DNA from: Lama guanicoe
Taxonomy: Eukaryota
Reading direction: 5' to 3'
DNA length: 64,000 bases
Assembly: GCA_013239625.1 (NCBI GenBank)
Contig: MU054338.1
Coordinates: 6,488,724 to 6,552,723, forward strand
The stretch's first letter is position 1. The number at the start of each line of letters is the position of its first letter. The notes beneath the pieces were generated by a model. The model did not search any database, was not told where the DNA came from, and saw nothing but the letters and a program-made list of their open reading frames with translations. The translations under genes were made by a program, and so were the position numbers. Positions 1-25,480 of the stretch are shown here, in pieces.

Positions 1-7255
<7,255 letters not shown>

Positions 7256-7499
7256 GCTGAGGGAGCCTACAGGGGTCCTGGGGCTCCTCTCCTTCAGTCA
7301 GGCCCCTGGGTGCCCCCACCCACCTCTTGTTGACACAACAGACTCTCACTTTGGGCAAGGGAGTTTTCCCGTCTTGTAGATGTGGAAGCTGAGGCCCACT
7401 TAAGCTTCCTGGATGACTTGGAACCTCACCTTGAGACACACCCTGAGCCCCATCCCTCAAATGCTGGGCCTAGCCATAGCCAAGTTCTAGTCAAACGGC

Positions 7500-7505
7500 T
7501 TTATT
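7500..7505 (-). terminator. ATG4D: Putative ATG4D polyadenylation signal
   Basis: TTTATT on + = AATAAA on -, ~330 nt past the ATG4D stop. Confidence 0.6.
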
Positions 7506-7789
7506 AGCCCCCAGCGGCCACAGTCCTCCCGCCAACTCCCACCAGCCACTGGCGCTCTGGGACCAGAGAGGGGCGTGGGCGGTCCAGTGCAAACTACAGT
7601 ACGGAGTCAGGCCCTGAGTGGGTGCCCGGGGGCCCTCCCTCCCTCTCTGCCCTGCGAGGAGGGCGCAGCTGGTGGGAGGCAGGTGTGCGGGCTGTTCCTG
7701 GCTGCATGGCCCCAGCCCGGAGGTCTCCTGGACTGGTCTCAGCTGCACTTGTCAAGGGGAGTTCAAGCTCCCACACCCAGCGTGACATA

Positions 7790-7803
7790 AATAAAAAAAT
7801 AAA
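7790..7803 (+). terminator. KRI1: Putative KRI1 polyadenylation signals
   Basis: AATAAA at 7790-7795 and 7798-7803, the first such hexamers after the KRI1 stop. Confidence 0.6.
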
Positions 7804-7836
7804 TAGGGTCGCATCTTCTCCCCCACCCCCTCCCCT

Positions 7837-13485
<5,649 letters not shown>

Positions 13486-14184
13486 GGGCGCGCCGGGAGG
13501 GCGGACCCAGGGCCCGGGGGGCCGCGCGCGAGCGCCCCAGGGGGCCAGGACGCGGCCAGGAAGCGGGCGCCCAGGAAGGCGCTAGTGGGCCCCCGGCGCG
13601 GCGGCCAGGCCCCCAGACCCGGCGCGGGACGCTGTCACCGCCGCCGCCATTTTAGCGGCCCTGGCCCCGGGAGGGAGGCGGGCGTGACACGGCCGGACTC
13701 CCCGCCCCGGCCCGGCCCCCAGCCTGGGTCCCCGGCCGCGGTCTCGGGTGGCCGCGCTAGGGCCTCCGGACGCGGGCCTCCCCGCGGCGCGCCGTGACCC
13801 GCACCCCCACCCGCCTTATCGCATCGCCCAGGCGCTCCCGAGCCCCTCCAGGTCCTTATCGGAGGCCCCAGAGCCGGGAAGCCCCGCCCCGGCCCCGCCC
13901 CCGGCCGCGCCCCCTCTTGGGCGCTGACTGGGTGCTGGGAACTGACCGCCAGGCGGGGCCCCTGCGCGGTTTGCACCTGCCAGCTTCGGATCGGGGATCA
14001 GAGCGCCCCTCTGCGGGCTGCGCACCCAGACCCAGCCTCAGCCTGGGGCGGGGAGGGGGCCGAAACGTGTGTGGTGACACCCACTCCCCTAAACTCCCCC
14101 TTCAAGCCACACCTCTATGTGCTTCAGTTTCCCCTTGAGCAAAAAGGGGCTCAAATACACGTAATAATATAAATGAAGGGGTAG

Positions 14185-14330
14185 CAGGAGTATAAGTCAG
14201 CGGTAGAGTCCGTGCTTAGCATGCACGAGATGCTGGGTTCAACCCCCAGTACCTCCATTAAAAAAATAATAAACGAACCTAGTTAAAAAATTAAATAAAA
14301 CTAATTACCACCCCTCCAAAAAAAAAGCCA
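14185..14330 (+). mobile_element. tRNA-Ala-derived SINE inserted in an old L1 3' fragment
   Basis: ggtagagtccgtgcttagcatgcacgagatgctgggttcaacccccagtacctcc; L1M-like sequence continues to ~14650. Confidence 0.8.
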
Positions 14331-15740
14331 AAAATATTTTTTTAAACATAAACGAATCTTCATAATTTTGCTGAGGGAAAGAAGTCAGACCAAAAAAGAA
14401 GAGTATACACTTTCTGGTCTCATTTATTTAAACTCTAGAAAATGCAACCTCATCTTTAGTAATAGAAAGCACATCAGAGGTTACCTGGGGGTGGAGTAGG
14501 GAGAGGTGGGAGGAAGGGATAAAAGGGGCTCGGATGTGTTTAGTACCTTGACTCTGGTGATGGTTTCCAGCTTTTGAAAACTCATCACATGGTACACGTT
14601 AAATGTGTGCGGTTTGTTTTACGTCAATCACAACTCAATAAAACTGAAAAAAATTTCAGTGCATCTAACTCAGAGGACTATTAGGAGGACGAGCTGAGTT
14701 CATCCTGGTAAAGCGCTTAGCATGGCATTTGAGGCAGGGCTCAGTGAAAGCCAACCATGACCTCAAAGGCAGGATGAGTATAGTGACCCTGGGAACCGCA
14801 GAGAGAGTGGCCTCTAGTGGCTGGCCCAAGGGCTCTGTCCTCAGCTGGCAGAAGGAAGTTGGATGACGATTTGGAGGAGGGAGTGCCACCTGCAGAAGGC
14901 AAGAAAGTGAGAGAGGTGATTAGGCAAGTTTACTGACTCTGGCTAATTAATAGCGAGGGAAAGGAAGTGCCCCGCTGATGAAAAGGCAGGACATTTCTCT
15001 TATCCCACAGCTGGCTCCCTAAAATCCAAGAAAACACCTCAGTATTGCTTCCTTTGTTCCCACCGAAGTTTCTGCTAATTGCTTTTTGTTTCAGGGCTGC
15101 ACTCTGGAGGTGAAAGGAGCCAGTAGCCGAAAATAATTACCACCACCACTGGAATGAAGACAATGATGGCTGAGCCTTCTAATAAAAGACCCCGCGGCCC
15201 GATGGGGAGCTGGAGCTGTCTCTACCGGCCACCTTGGCTGATAGCTCCCGGCTCGAGTGCTTCCTTTCCCCAGTTGAGTGTTTTTCTTTCCTTTTCCCTG
15301 TTTAAACACTATCCTTCAAGTTCCCTTTCTGAGCAATAAATCAACTGTTCACTAGGTCCCTCTGCCTCTGCTGCAAGAATTCTTTGACAGCCAGCAACAA
15401 GGACCCACACTTTAGTGGGCTTCCTAATTTAGGGGTCCCTCTATCTGCTAACAAAAGCACAGTCACCTCCCTGACTTTCCCTTCTTCAGCTCTCCCCTCA
15501 TGCACTTCCCTTCAGCCACTCCTGCCTCCTTTCTCAAATTCAACAGGTACCCTCCCACCTCAGGACCTTTGCACTAGCTGTTCCCTCTGCCTAGACCTCT
15601 CTTCCCTGAGATATCTGCATGGCTCTCCCTCAGCCTCCTTCAGGACTTTGTTCAAATGTCATTCCTGCAGTGTGACTGCCTTCAAAATTCTACCCTTCCC
15701 TGCTCTATTTTTTTTTTCCAGAGAAGTTATCGCAACTTGA

Positions 15741-16098
15741 TTGTCTAAGTCAGCTTGGCCTCCTATAACTAATACCTCACGTGGAGTGGCTTCCACAACA
15801 GACATTAATCCTTATCCTTCTGGAGGGTGGAAGTCCAAGATCAGGGTGCTAGCATGGCTGGGATCTTGGGGAGGCCCCTGTTCTTGGCTATGTCCTCACA
15901 GGGCCTTTCCTTGATGCATTGTACATGGAAATATCTTGTGTCTCTTCATTTTTATAAGGGCATTAATCCCATTAGAGGCTCCACCCTCGTGACCTCATTT
16001 CACCCTAATCACCTCCCAAAGGCCCCACCTCCTAATACCATCACCTTAGGGAGTTGGATTTCAACAAATGAATTCTGGGAAAGGTTCAGACCATAGTG
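15741..16098 (-). mobile_element. MaLR LTR (MLT1-like)
   Basis: ttctggagggtggaagtccaagatcagggtg, taatcacctcccaaaggccccacctcctaataccatcacc. Confidence 0.75.
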
Positions 16099-16139
16099 CT
16101 GATCTTATATTTATATATAAATTTTATGTTGTCTTTCTT

Positions 16140-16416
16140 ATTTAAAAAAAATCTGGAGGGGGGGTAGGTAACTAGGTTCATTTATTTATTTCCTTTTTTA
16201 ACGGAGGTACTGAGGATTGGACCCAGGACCTTTTGCATGCCAAGTACGTGCTCTACTACTGAGCTATATCCTCCCCCGTATAATTTTTTGTTTGTTTTTA
16301 TGAGGGGGAAGTAATTGGGTTTATTTATTTATAGTTGGAGGAGGTACTGGGGATTGAACCCATGACCTCGTACATGCTAAGTATGTGCTCTACCATGGAG
16401 CTATACCCTCCCTACC
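16140..16416 (-). mobile_element. Two adjacent tRNA-Ala SINE copies (~16140-16276 and ~16303-16416)
   Basis: Reverse-complement SINE body ggaggtactg.ggattg.accc...gagctata seen twice. Confidence 0.85.
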
Positions 16417-17062
16417 CTATAATTTTTATGTTGATCACCTCTGTCTCCACCACATCATGAGGGCAGGCATCTCTGTCCGTCTTGGTCACTGTTGGCTCCT
16501 CAACACTCAATATGGCATACAGTAGGTGCTCAGACAACTTTCGGAAAAGGAGAGCTTACAGCCTCACAGGGGACAGGTGGGCTGGGGTGGCCATAGGTGA
16601 TCCTTTCTGTTTGGCTTGATGGCTGAAGCTCCCCGCCCCCTACCATGACCACAGCTGGTTCCTCCCTAGAGGAGGAGGATGATTCACAGTGTGACCCTCA
16701 GTTCCTTCCCTTCACCCCTCTTCCTTACAAGTAAAGCCACAACATCTGCATCCCCCATCTCTGTCCCCACCCAGGGTCCAGCTGCCACCTGTCCCCCCCC
16801 AGAGATGTCCCTCAGGCTCCTCAGGTTCAGGCACCCCACTTGATCCTGCATTTCAGCCCACTGGCTTTTCGTCCCATGCCCTTGGCTCCCCCAGCCCAGC
16901 CTTCATTGCCACCCTTCCCGGGATCTGTCAGTCCACTTACTGTCTGTCTCTGGTTGTCGTCATGCCCCTAAAGCAGCATTAACAGTCATGGACAGACACT
17001 GGCAGCCAGGTGGCTCTGTCTCGGTTTCCTCATCTGCCAAATGGGGTAGTAATAGTAGTACC

Positions 17063-17522
17063 CGTCAAGCTAACAGACATCCTTCAAAGTCCAACGACCC
17101 CCATTTCTGGGTTCTCAGATGTCTGCCTGTGATCCCTCAACAGATAAAGTATATTCTTTACTGAGCGTGTTTCCCCTAACAAACTAATAGCCCCAGGTAG
17201 TGCCTAATATCACAGTAGCCCAGGCTAGTTCATTTCCACCTACCTTATCAGAGTCAAACCCCACCGCCCTTCACCGACCCCAAACCTCTTACCTCACCTA
17301 CAACCAATTAGAGACTTGCACACAAGCCGATCAGCACCTTGTGACCCTGCCTTATAAAAGACCCCACAACTGGCCCTTGGGGCTCACACAGGCACCTCTT
17401 GTCTCTGTGACCTGCTGTTGTCTATGACAGTGAAACCTAATAAACTCCTTTTCTATTCTCACACTTTATCTCTGGTAAATTCCTTTACCAACCCATGTAT
17501 CACCATGCCATTGTGTCCCACA
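17063..17522 (+). mobile_element. ERV solo LTR interrupting a MIR
   Basis: TATAAAA 17353-17359, AATAAA 17439-17444, ends in CA; MIR core sequence on both flanks. Confidence 0.6.
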
Positions 17523-20500
17523 AGAATACCTACTTCCTAGGATTTGGGAGAAGTAAGAAATGAATATGCAAAATGCTTAAAACACTGTCTGGCACACAGC
17601 AACCACAACTTTACTGGGAATTGTTACTGTCAAAGTCTTTTTGTTACCTGAAAACTGAGTTTGCCTTTTGGTGGGTGTCCAGCCAAAAGACACAGCCAAG
17701 CCAAAGATTGGAAGCACAGAAACTATTTGTTAAATGACTAAATGAATGATTATGGAGCTTAGCTATCCTAAAAGCTTCCTCCCAGCTCTTTCTGAGTCTC
17801 CACAGCTGGCTTCTCCAGGGATCCGAATTGATTCCCTCAAGCCTGGTCCCACTGGCTTTCTCTGTCTTAAGTCATTTAACCCTCAGCGTAACCCTATAAG
17901 TTAGGTATAATTATTATACCCATCTTACTTGTGAAGTAAAGGATCACAAATAGAGTTCATACAGCAGGAGAGCTACTGTTATTCTCAGGGGTAATCTTCT
18001 TAGCTATCATGCATTTAAAACTCAAAAAGTAACCCAATAGAAACACAGGCAAAAGATTTGAACAGACTCTTCACAAGAGATAAATAAATGCCAAATAAGC
18101 CCATGAAAAGATTCTCATCACCAGCCATCTAGAACATGCAAAACAGCAGGACAATCAGATACAACCACCAACCCACCAGAACAGCTCAGATGAAAAACCT
18201 GACCAAGTGCTGGTGAAGATGCAGAGAAACTGGAACATTTGAAGCGTGTGCAGTTGGTTGTATGTCAAGGATGCCCCCAATAAAGTTGAAAACATAAATC
18301 AGTACGATAACACCAGGGTGCAGACACAAAATTGCACTTGAGTGGAATCCAACAGGATTGTCTTCTGGTGGTTGTATCTTGGCATCAGTGCATGAATTTT
18401 ACTGTGGGTCTCTCAGGCATTCCAAGAATATTTCTGTGCCTCTCCACCTGGTTCTCAAGCCGCTGAGTGAAATAATCTCCCCCAGGCTGAGCAGTTGCTA
18501 GAATAAATTACACTCTCTTGAAGGAAACATATAGATGTGTAAAGATGTTTTCCACTTTCCTAATCAAACTTCCTTGCTCCCTTGGACCCATCTATCTTGT
18601 CCTGCCTCTCATGTCACTATCACACCAATAGTTGTGTGAGAGAATGCTCTAGAAACGAGCTGTGCTCATGGCTGCCTGTTTGGCTGAAAGGATGGCAAAC
18701 TCTTTTTTCATTCAACAAATGTATCCTGAGCACCTACTATGTGCCATGCTCTGTGCTGGGCACTGAGCTACAGCAAGAACACAAACACTGTTGTCTCCTC
18801 TTGGGGTCTTGGAGGTGGGATACAGGAGACAGATGTTGAACTCATCACACAAATAATTACATAGTTATGATGGGGACAAGGGTCATATAGGAAAATTCAA
18901 GCTTACAATAGTGGGAAGTAATCTAGTTTGGGAGATGTGATCCAGGACTTCTCAGGAAGTCCATATTTAAGTTGGGCTCTGTATTAGTTAGAATAGGTCA
19001 AGTTTCCCTGCAATAACAAACAAGTTCAAAGTTCAGGAGTTTAACACAAGCAAAGTTTACTTCTCTCTTGAGTTACTCATCCTACATGGGCTGAGCTCAG
19101 CTCCACACAGTCATGCAGGGGTCCAGGCTGAAGAGGCACCCTCCATCTTGTGGCTGCATCATCTTGGAACTCAGTGCCTCAGTCACCACAGTAGGACAAG
19201 AGAGACTGGAGAAGTATGCGTGGGCTTTTTGATGCCTCCTCAGAAGTAACTGACATACAGAAGTGATGTATGTTATCTCCACTCACATTTCAATGGCCAG
19301 AATTAGTCAAGGGAGTCACCTAATTGAATGTAGTTTTTCATTCAATAGGTATTGGTCTGCCCTAGAAATATCTATCATGGGAGCTAAAGGATGAGTAGCA
19401 ATTAGCCAGAAAAAAAAAGGAAGAATGTTCAATCCCAGTAGAATAAAGAGTACATTTAAAGACACTAGAAGGAAAGAGGTAAAGGGTTTAAGGACTCGAA
19501 ATTCTGTCAGAAAAGGATTTTCAATCCAGACCACTATTTCCAGCTAAAATACTGATCAAGTGTGAGGAGCAAGTAAAGACATTTCAAAACATGAAATGAA
19601 GGGCTCAAAAATGTTATATTGCATGCTCCTGTATTCTCAGAAAGTTATTGCAGGATGCACTCCACAAAAACAGAGGGCTAAATAAAGAAAAAAAGAAGAC
19701 ACGAGATTGAGAAAACAGGGGTCCCAACATAGGAAAGAGATGAAGAGAATTCCTGGGAGGGTGGCAGGAGGAATTCCTCAGCAAAAAAGAACCCAGGAGG
19801 AAAACAGAATGCTACCTACAGATTATCTGGCGGATTTTATCACTTGGAAAGTTGAATTGAGATGAATTGCCAGAACTTCTAAGAAAGACACCTAAAGAAA
19901 AAAAAGAAGGAAATTAACTCCAGGTGGAGAAACTATACATCATAATAATTACACTTCTCCATAGCATCCTTCAAAAGGAAATGAAATTATATTTCCATAA
20001 AATCAATAAAAAAGAATGTGAGCCACCGAGACACCAAGCAAACACGTCTCATATCCAGTTGATGACTCAGTGGCACCACTTGATGACTGGCAGGCATTTC
20101 AAACTCAACTGACCCTAAACTGAACCTCCCAAATTTAATTTCTGAGCTTTCTGTTGTCCCGTGGCCTTCCCATCTCAGGTACCTGAAATGAAACTTAACA
20201 GGATTTGGGGACTCCTAATGGCCCATGTGAAGATGCTCAGGTCATTTTGGGTTGACTCCTCCCACATTCTCCAACTTGGCCAATCAGAGCAGTCCACTCC
20301 CCCAAGCCAAGAGACTGGGTTGGTTATGCATGATCCTAGCTGGGCCAATGAAATTCAGTAGTGGGACTTCTGGTGAAACCCTGGTGTGGTTGGGTAGCTT
20401 TCCAAGTTGCTACTGAGTGGGAATAATAGATCCATAGCGCCAGGAAGAGTTTCTGCCACCCAAAAGAGAGCTTGATGAGATGAAAACCTAGCTGAGCCAA

Positions 20501-21119
20501 GAGAGAGAGTTAGATTCTTGGCGACATTGGAGCTTCTTGATCCAGCTATGCCCAAAGTTAACCCAACTCCTAGATCCCTAGATTTTCAGTTGCATGAGAC
20601 AATTCATTTCTAACCACCGCCTCCATGCCAGTTTGAGGTGTTTTTCAGTTGAACTTAATTTTTTTTTCCTGGAACTTTCAACTAAACAAACCCTGATGAA
20701 TACAGCCCCTGCTCAATGCGAGGCATTGCACAAAAGAGTTCACGTCACTTGTCTCAGTGAACCCTATGACAGGGGGAATAATTATGATTTCCATTTAACT
20801 GATGAGGAAACTGAGGCTCACAGAAGTGAATCTACCTGCCTGAGATCATCAGAGCCAGGATTCCAACCCACATCTGTCTGACCCCAAAGCCTGCCTCTCT
20901 CTGACCATGAGGAGCAGATGCTAGATTTGGAGATTCAGAGAAGAGGTATGATAGGGGGTGGAGGGGGCATTGCAAGAGCCAGATGCCAATGTCCTGGGCT
21001 GCTTAAACTTTCTTCAGAGGGCACCAAGGAGTTCTGGGAGGATCATGAGGAGGGGAAGGACAAGAGGAAGGATGAACTGCAGTGTGGGCATTGGGATCAA
21101 TAAAAATGGTAACAGAAAG

Positions 21120-22215
21120 TAATCACTATCAAAGCCACAATGAGATGCCTCTTCACTTCCAACAGGATGGCTGTAAAAAAAAAAGAAAGGATGAGAAATA
21201 ATAAGTATGAGCAAGGATGTGAGGAAATTGGAACCCCTGTATATTGCTGGTGGGAATGTAAAATAGTGCAATGACTTTGGAAAAGTCTGGCAGTTCAGTC
21301 TGGCAATTCCTCGAGATGTTAAATGTAAGTTACCACATGACCCACAGTTCCAGTCCTAGGTACATTCCTAACAGAAATGAACATATATGATATCGTGTAT
21401 ATGTGAAATCTAAAAAAAAAAAAGATAAAAATTCTGTTTATAGACCAAAAACAGACTGATGGACATAGAAAACAAACTATGGTTACCAAAGGGAAAAGGC
21501 TAGGAGGTACAACTTAGGGGTTGGGGATTAACAGATACACACTACTATATATAAAATAGATAAACAACAAAGACCTACTGTGTAGCACAGGGAACTATAT
21601 TCAATTTCTTGTAATAACCTATAATGGAAAAGAAACTGAAAAGAAAAAAATATATGTAGGTATATGTTTAACTGAATCATTTTACACCTGAAATTAACAT
21701 TATAAACCAACTACACTTCAATTAAAATTTTTTTAAAAAAGACAATATGTGTATACACACACACACACACACAAACCTATACACAAAAGTTCCTAGCAGC
21801 AATTTTTAAGGTAGCCAAAAAAAGGAGAAACAACTCAAGTGTCCATCAGCTGATAAATGGATAAACACAATGAAATATTATTCAGCCATAAAAAAGAATG
21901 ACATACTGAGTGAAAGAAGCCCAGACACACACAAAAACCACATAGTGTAAAATTCCAATCACATGAAATACCCAAAATAGGCAAATCTATAGGGACAGAA
22001 AGTAGATTAATGGTTTCTAGAGGTTGGAGGGAAGGAAGAAATGTGAGTGACTGCTAATGGGTACAGAATTTCTTTTTTGAGTGATGAAATGTTCTAAAAT
22101 TGATTGTGGTGGTGGTTACACAACTTTGCGAACACACTAAGAATCATAGAATTGCATACTTTAAATGAGCGAGGTGTGTGCTATGTGAATTGTATCTCAA
22201 TAAAGCTGTTAAAAA
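21120..22215 (+). mobile_element. L1 3' region with a nested younger L1 3' end (~21380-21740)
   Basis: L1 phrases (attgctggtgggaatgtaaaatagtgca; atggataaacacaatg...tattcagccataaaaaagaatg; tatctcaataaagctgtt); the nested copy has gcacagggaactatattcaa. Confidence 0.8.
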
Positions 22216-23070
22216 ATAATGCCGGAAATTTATCAAGTGGTTAGCTCTGGGCCAGACAATGTGTTAGCTCTTTCTACCGATGATTGCATTCATACTCACG
22301 AGATCACCGGGAGAACAAAAAAGATTTTCATGACTCCATTTTACAGATGAGGAGACTGCAGTCAGAGAGGTTAAGCGAGATGGTGGTTAGACTTCAGAGG
22401 CCTGGCATTTGAGGTCCACCAGACTTGACTCTTACCCTACCCACACTCAATGTTACCTCCCACCCCTGCTTGTTCCTCCCCCTCAGCCACACTCCTGCCC
22501 AACTGACTTGATTTCCGTTCCTTTTACTCATGCATTCTTTCCATTCTCCAGGCTTCTGCATTTTGCTGATTCAACACCTCTGCCCAGCTGTTCTTTCTAC
22601 TTCACTCCCTATCTAGTCTGTGAAATTAATGTCTAAGTGTGAGGGAGAGAGAGAAAGAGAGAAGGTTCTGACTCCAAGTTTCCAAGCCTCACTTGGAAGT
22701 GAAGGGTGCAGGGAGGGGCACCAACAGGGCTTCTTGTGGAAAAGATCAGGGCTTGCCTCCTCTGTCTCCTGAGGACTTGGCCCTCTACACATGTCTACAG
22801 CTTTAGGAGCCCTTGGCCTGGGTTTAACCCAAGCTATAACTCAGGACATGTGTGCTGGAGAATGAGGTCAGATTTTCCCCTGGCAGTTCGCCAGGCCTGG
22901 GGTGAGCAGGTGAGAAGAGCAGGGCTCTGTCCAGTTTCTGACCCACCACCAGTTGCCTTCTCCTCCCCTCCACCTCCCAATTCAGAGCCTTTTCCCAGAG
23001 CCTTTTAGAATCTTTAATAAGTATACTAATACAATAGAACACTATTCAACCTTAAAAAGAAACAAAATTC

Positions 23071-23830
23071 TGGGTGAGGATACAGTTTAGCGGTGTTACA
23101 GAAATGACAGGCCAGTCAAGAAACAAGCACCACTCGGAGGGTTGGAGTACTCAGATGTATTACGCCATCGGGCTCAGAGGGGCTTCTGCTCCGAAGCTCT
23201 GAGCACCTCCAAGACGTGCGCATGAGGTTTTATAGGGTAAAGTACAAGCTTGGGGTATTCGGCCAATAGGCATGGAACAGCTTTAGCAGCATTATCATCA
23301 CATAAGTGGAGGCGGGGAGGCAGCAAACCAACATTCCAAAGCCAGATATATATCTTTGAAAATCCAGCTGGCTAGCAAAAAAACATAAACAGCAAACCAA
23401 CACTAATTAACTTAGATTTACAAGTTAGTCCAGCAGAACTCAGATCAGTATTCCAATACTTAGAATTGTGAGTTATCTTGTTAGCCCAGCCCAGCCTCTC
23501 CTTCACATCCCTAGACCTGCGAGTTATCTTGTTAGACCAGCCCAGCTTTTCCTTCACAGTGGTAGAGTGTGTGCTTAGCATGCAGGAAGTCCTGAGTTCA
23601 ATCCCCAGCACCTCCATTAAGATAATAATAATAATAAGTAAATAAATCTATATAGCACAGAGAACTGTACTCAATATCTTGTAATAACCTTTAATGAAAA
23701 AGAATGTGAAAACAAATATATGTATATATATGCATGAGTGGGACATAATGTTATACACCAGAAATTGACACATTGTAACTGACTATACTTCAATTAAAAT
23801 AAATAAATAAATAAATTTAGTTCCCCCCAG
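23071..23830 (+). mobile_element. tRNA-Ala SINE interrupted by an LTR (23094-23558) and an L1 3' fragment (~23650-23800)
   Basis: SINE head 23071-23093 resumes at 23559 (gtggtagagtgtgtgcttagcatgc); tail motif resumes near 23815. Confidence 0.8.
23094..23558 (-). mobile_element. Young ERV solo LTR (4-bp TSD, ERV1-like)
   Basis: TG...CA termini, flanking GCGG/GTGG, TATAAAA on minus at ~23228-23234, duplicated terminal 38-mer. Confidence 0.8.
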
Positions 23831-23849
23831 CAAAAAGAAGTCCTGATGC

Positions 23850-24616
23850 CTTCCCCCAACCTCTCCCACTACGGCCGCCCCCTACCACAGGGGTATACTT
23901 GGTACACTGATGAACCTACATGAACACATCACTATCACTTGAAGTCCATAGTTTTTCACTTTAGGGTTCATGGTGGTGTAGTCTATGGATTTGGCAAATG
24001 GAAGATGCCATGTATCCATCACTACTGTATTGTGCATAATAGTTTCATTGCCCTAAATATTCCCTGTACTCTGTCTATTTATCCTCCCTACCCCCTATCC
24101 CCTGTCAACCATTGATCTTTTTACTAGCCCCATAGTTTTGCCTTTTCCAGAATGTCACATGGTTGAAACTCTACATCATGTAGCCTTTTCACATTGGCTT
24201 CTTCCACTTAGTCACATGCATTTAAGTTTTCTCTATGTCTTTCATGGTTTTTTAGAGCTGACTAATATTCAATTGTCTGAACGTACCACAGTTTATTTAT
24301 CCATTCACCTGCGGAAGGACACCTTGGTTGCTTCCAAGTTTTGGCAATTTTGAACAAAGTTGCTAGTAACGTCCATGTTCAGGGTTTTGAGTGGACCATA
24401 CTCTATTCTTTAGAAGTAAGGTACCAAGTCCAGCGCCACTTCAAGGGGAGGGGAACTTAGCTTCCCCACTGAGGGAGAAGAGTTACCAATAAACTTTGGA
24501 CAAAGATTAAGACCACCAAGGTGATTACTAAACACTCAGCAGGGGAGTGTATAGCTCAGTGGTAGAGTGTGTGCCTAGCATGCAGGAGGTCCTGGGTTTG
24601 ATCCTCAGTACCTCCA

Positions 24617-24656
<40 letters not shown>

Positions 24657-25480
24657 ACCTAATTACCTAAACCCAGGAGAAAAAAAATATTCAGAGGGAG
24701 AAACTTTGAGGCTTAAAGTTTTGCCCAGTAATTTTCTCATCAATCAGTGGATTCTACCTGCACCAGTTGTCATAGTGGTATTCTAATGGTGACCTTCTCT
24801 TTTCATCATTGTTTCACTTTTGTTAATTGGAATTCTTCTGTGAAGGTTTGTTCCTTCTCCCTCATTTTAAAATTGATTTAATTATGCATTTAAATCAGTA
24901 TGGACTTGTGGACCTTTATTTTATTCTTTTGGCTATAATGCCAATGCTACTGCTATTTATCTTGTTCAAATTGTTCCAGCTTTGGCCAGTGGGAGTTCTT
25001 TCGGGCTGGCTCCTGTGTCCTTTTGCCGTTATTTTGGGTTTTTTTTGCCCTTCCTGGTGCTGGAAGATGCTCCAGGATCATTGTGCGTTTTTCTCTGTCC
25101 CAGCCCTAGAAGCAGCCATTTCTCCAAGGAACCCTGGCTTCTTGTACTGGAAAATGGTATTTAGAAACCAAGATCTGGGTGCTGAGTGTTCTCTGGGTAC
25201 TGGGGTGTTAGAGCAGACAGAGCTAGGAAATATGTGTGTGTACCCTCGTATCTCTATTTATTTTCTTATCTATTAAAATAAACATTCCCTAGTGATAACC
25301 CCATTCCAGCACAAAATTGCTTATTTGTAACTTCCTTCTCTGACAGCACAGAAACTGGCTGTCAGTATCTACAACATACGTACTTACTTGTTCAATGCTA
25401 GTACATAGCAGAATTAACCTGTACCCCTGTGAGAAACAAATGTACCGACTGGAGTACAGAGTGTCTGTAGAGTTCAGACC
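23850..25480 (-). mobile_element. Old L1 (L1M) fragments, with a SINE at ~24540-24690 (+) carrying (AAAT)n
   Basis: ttttgccttttccagaatgtca, ggttgcttccaagttttggcaattttgaac, ctagaagcagccatttctccaaggaaccctgg. Confidence 0.7.
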
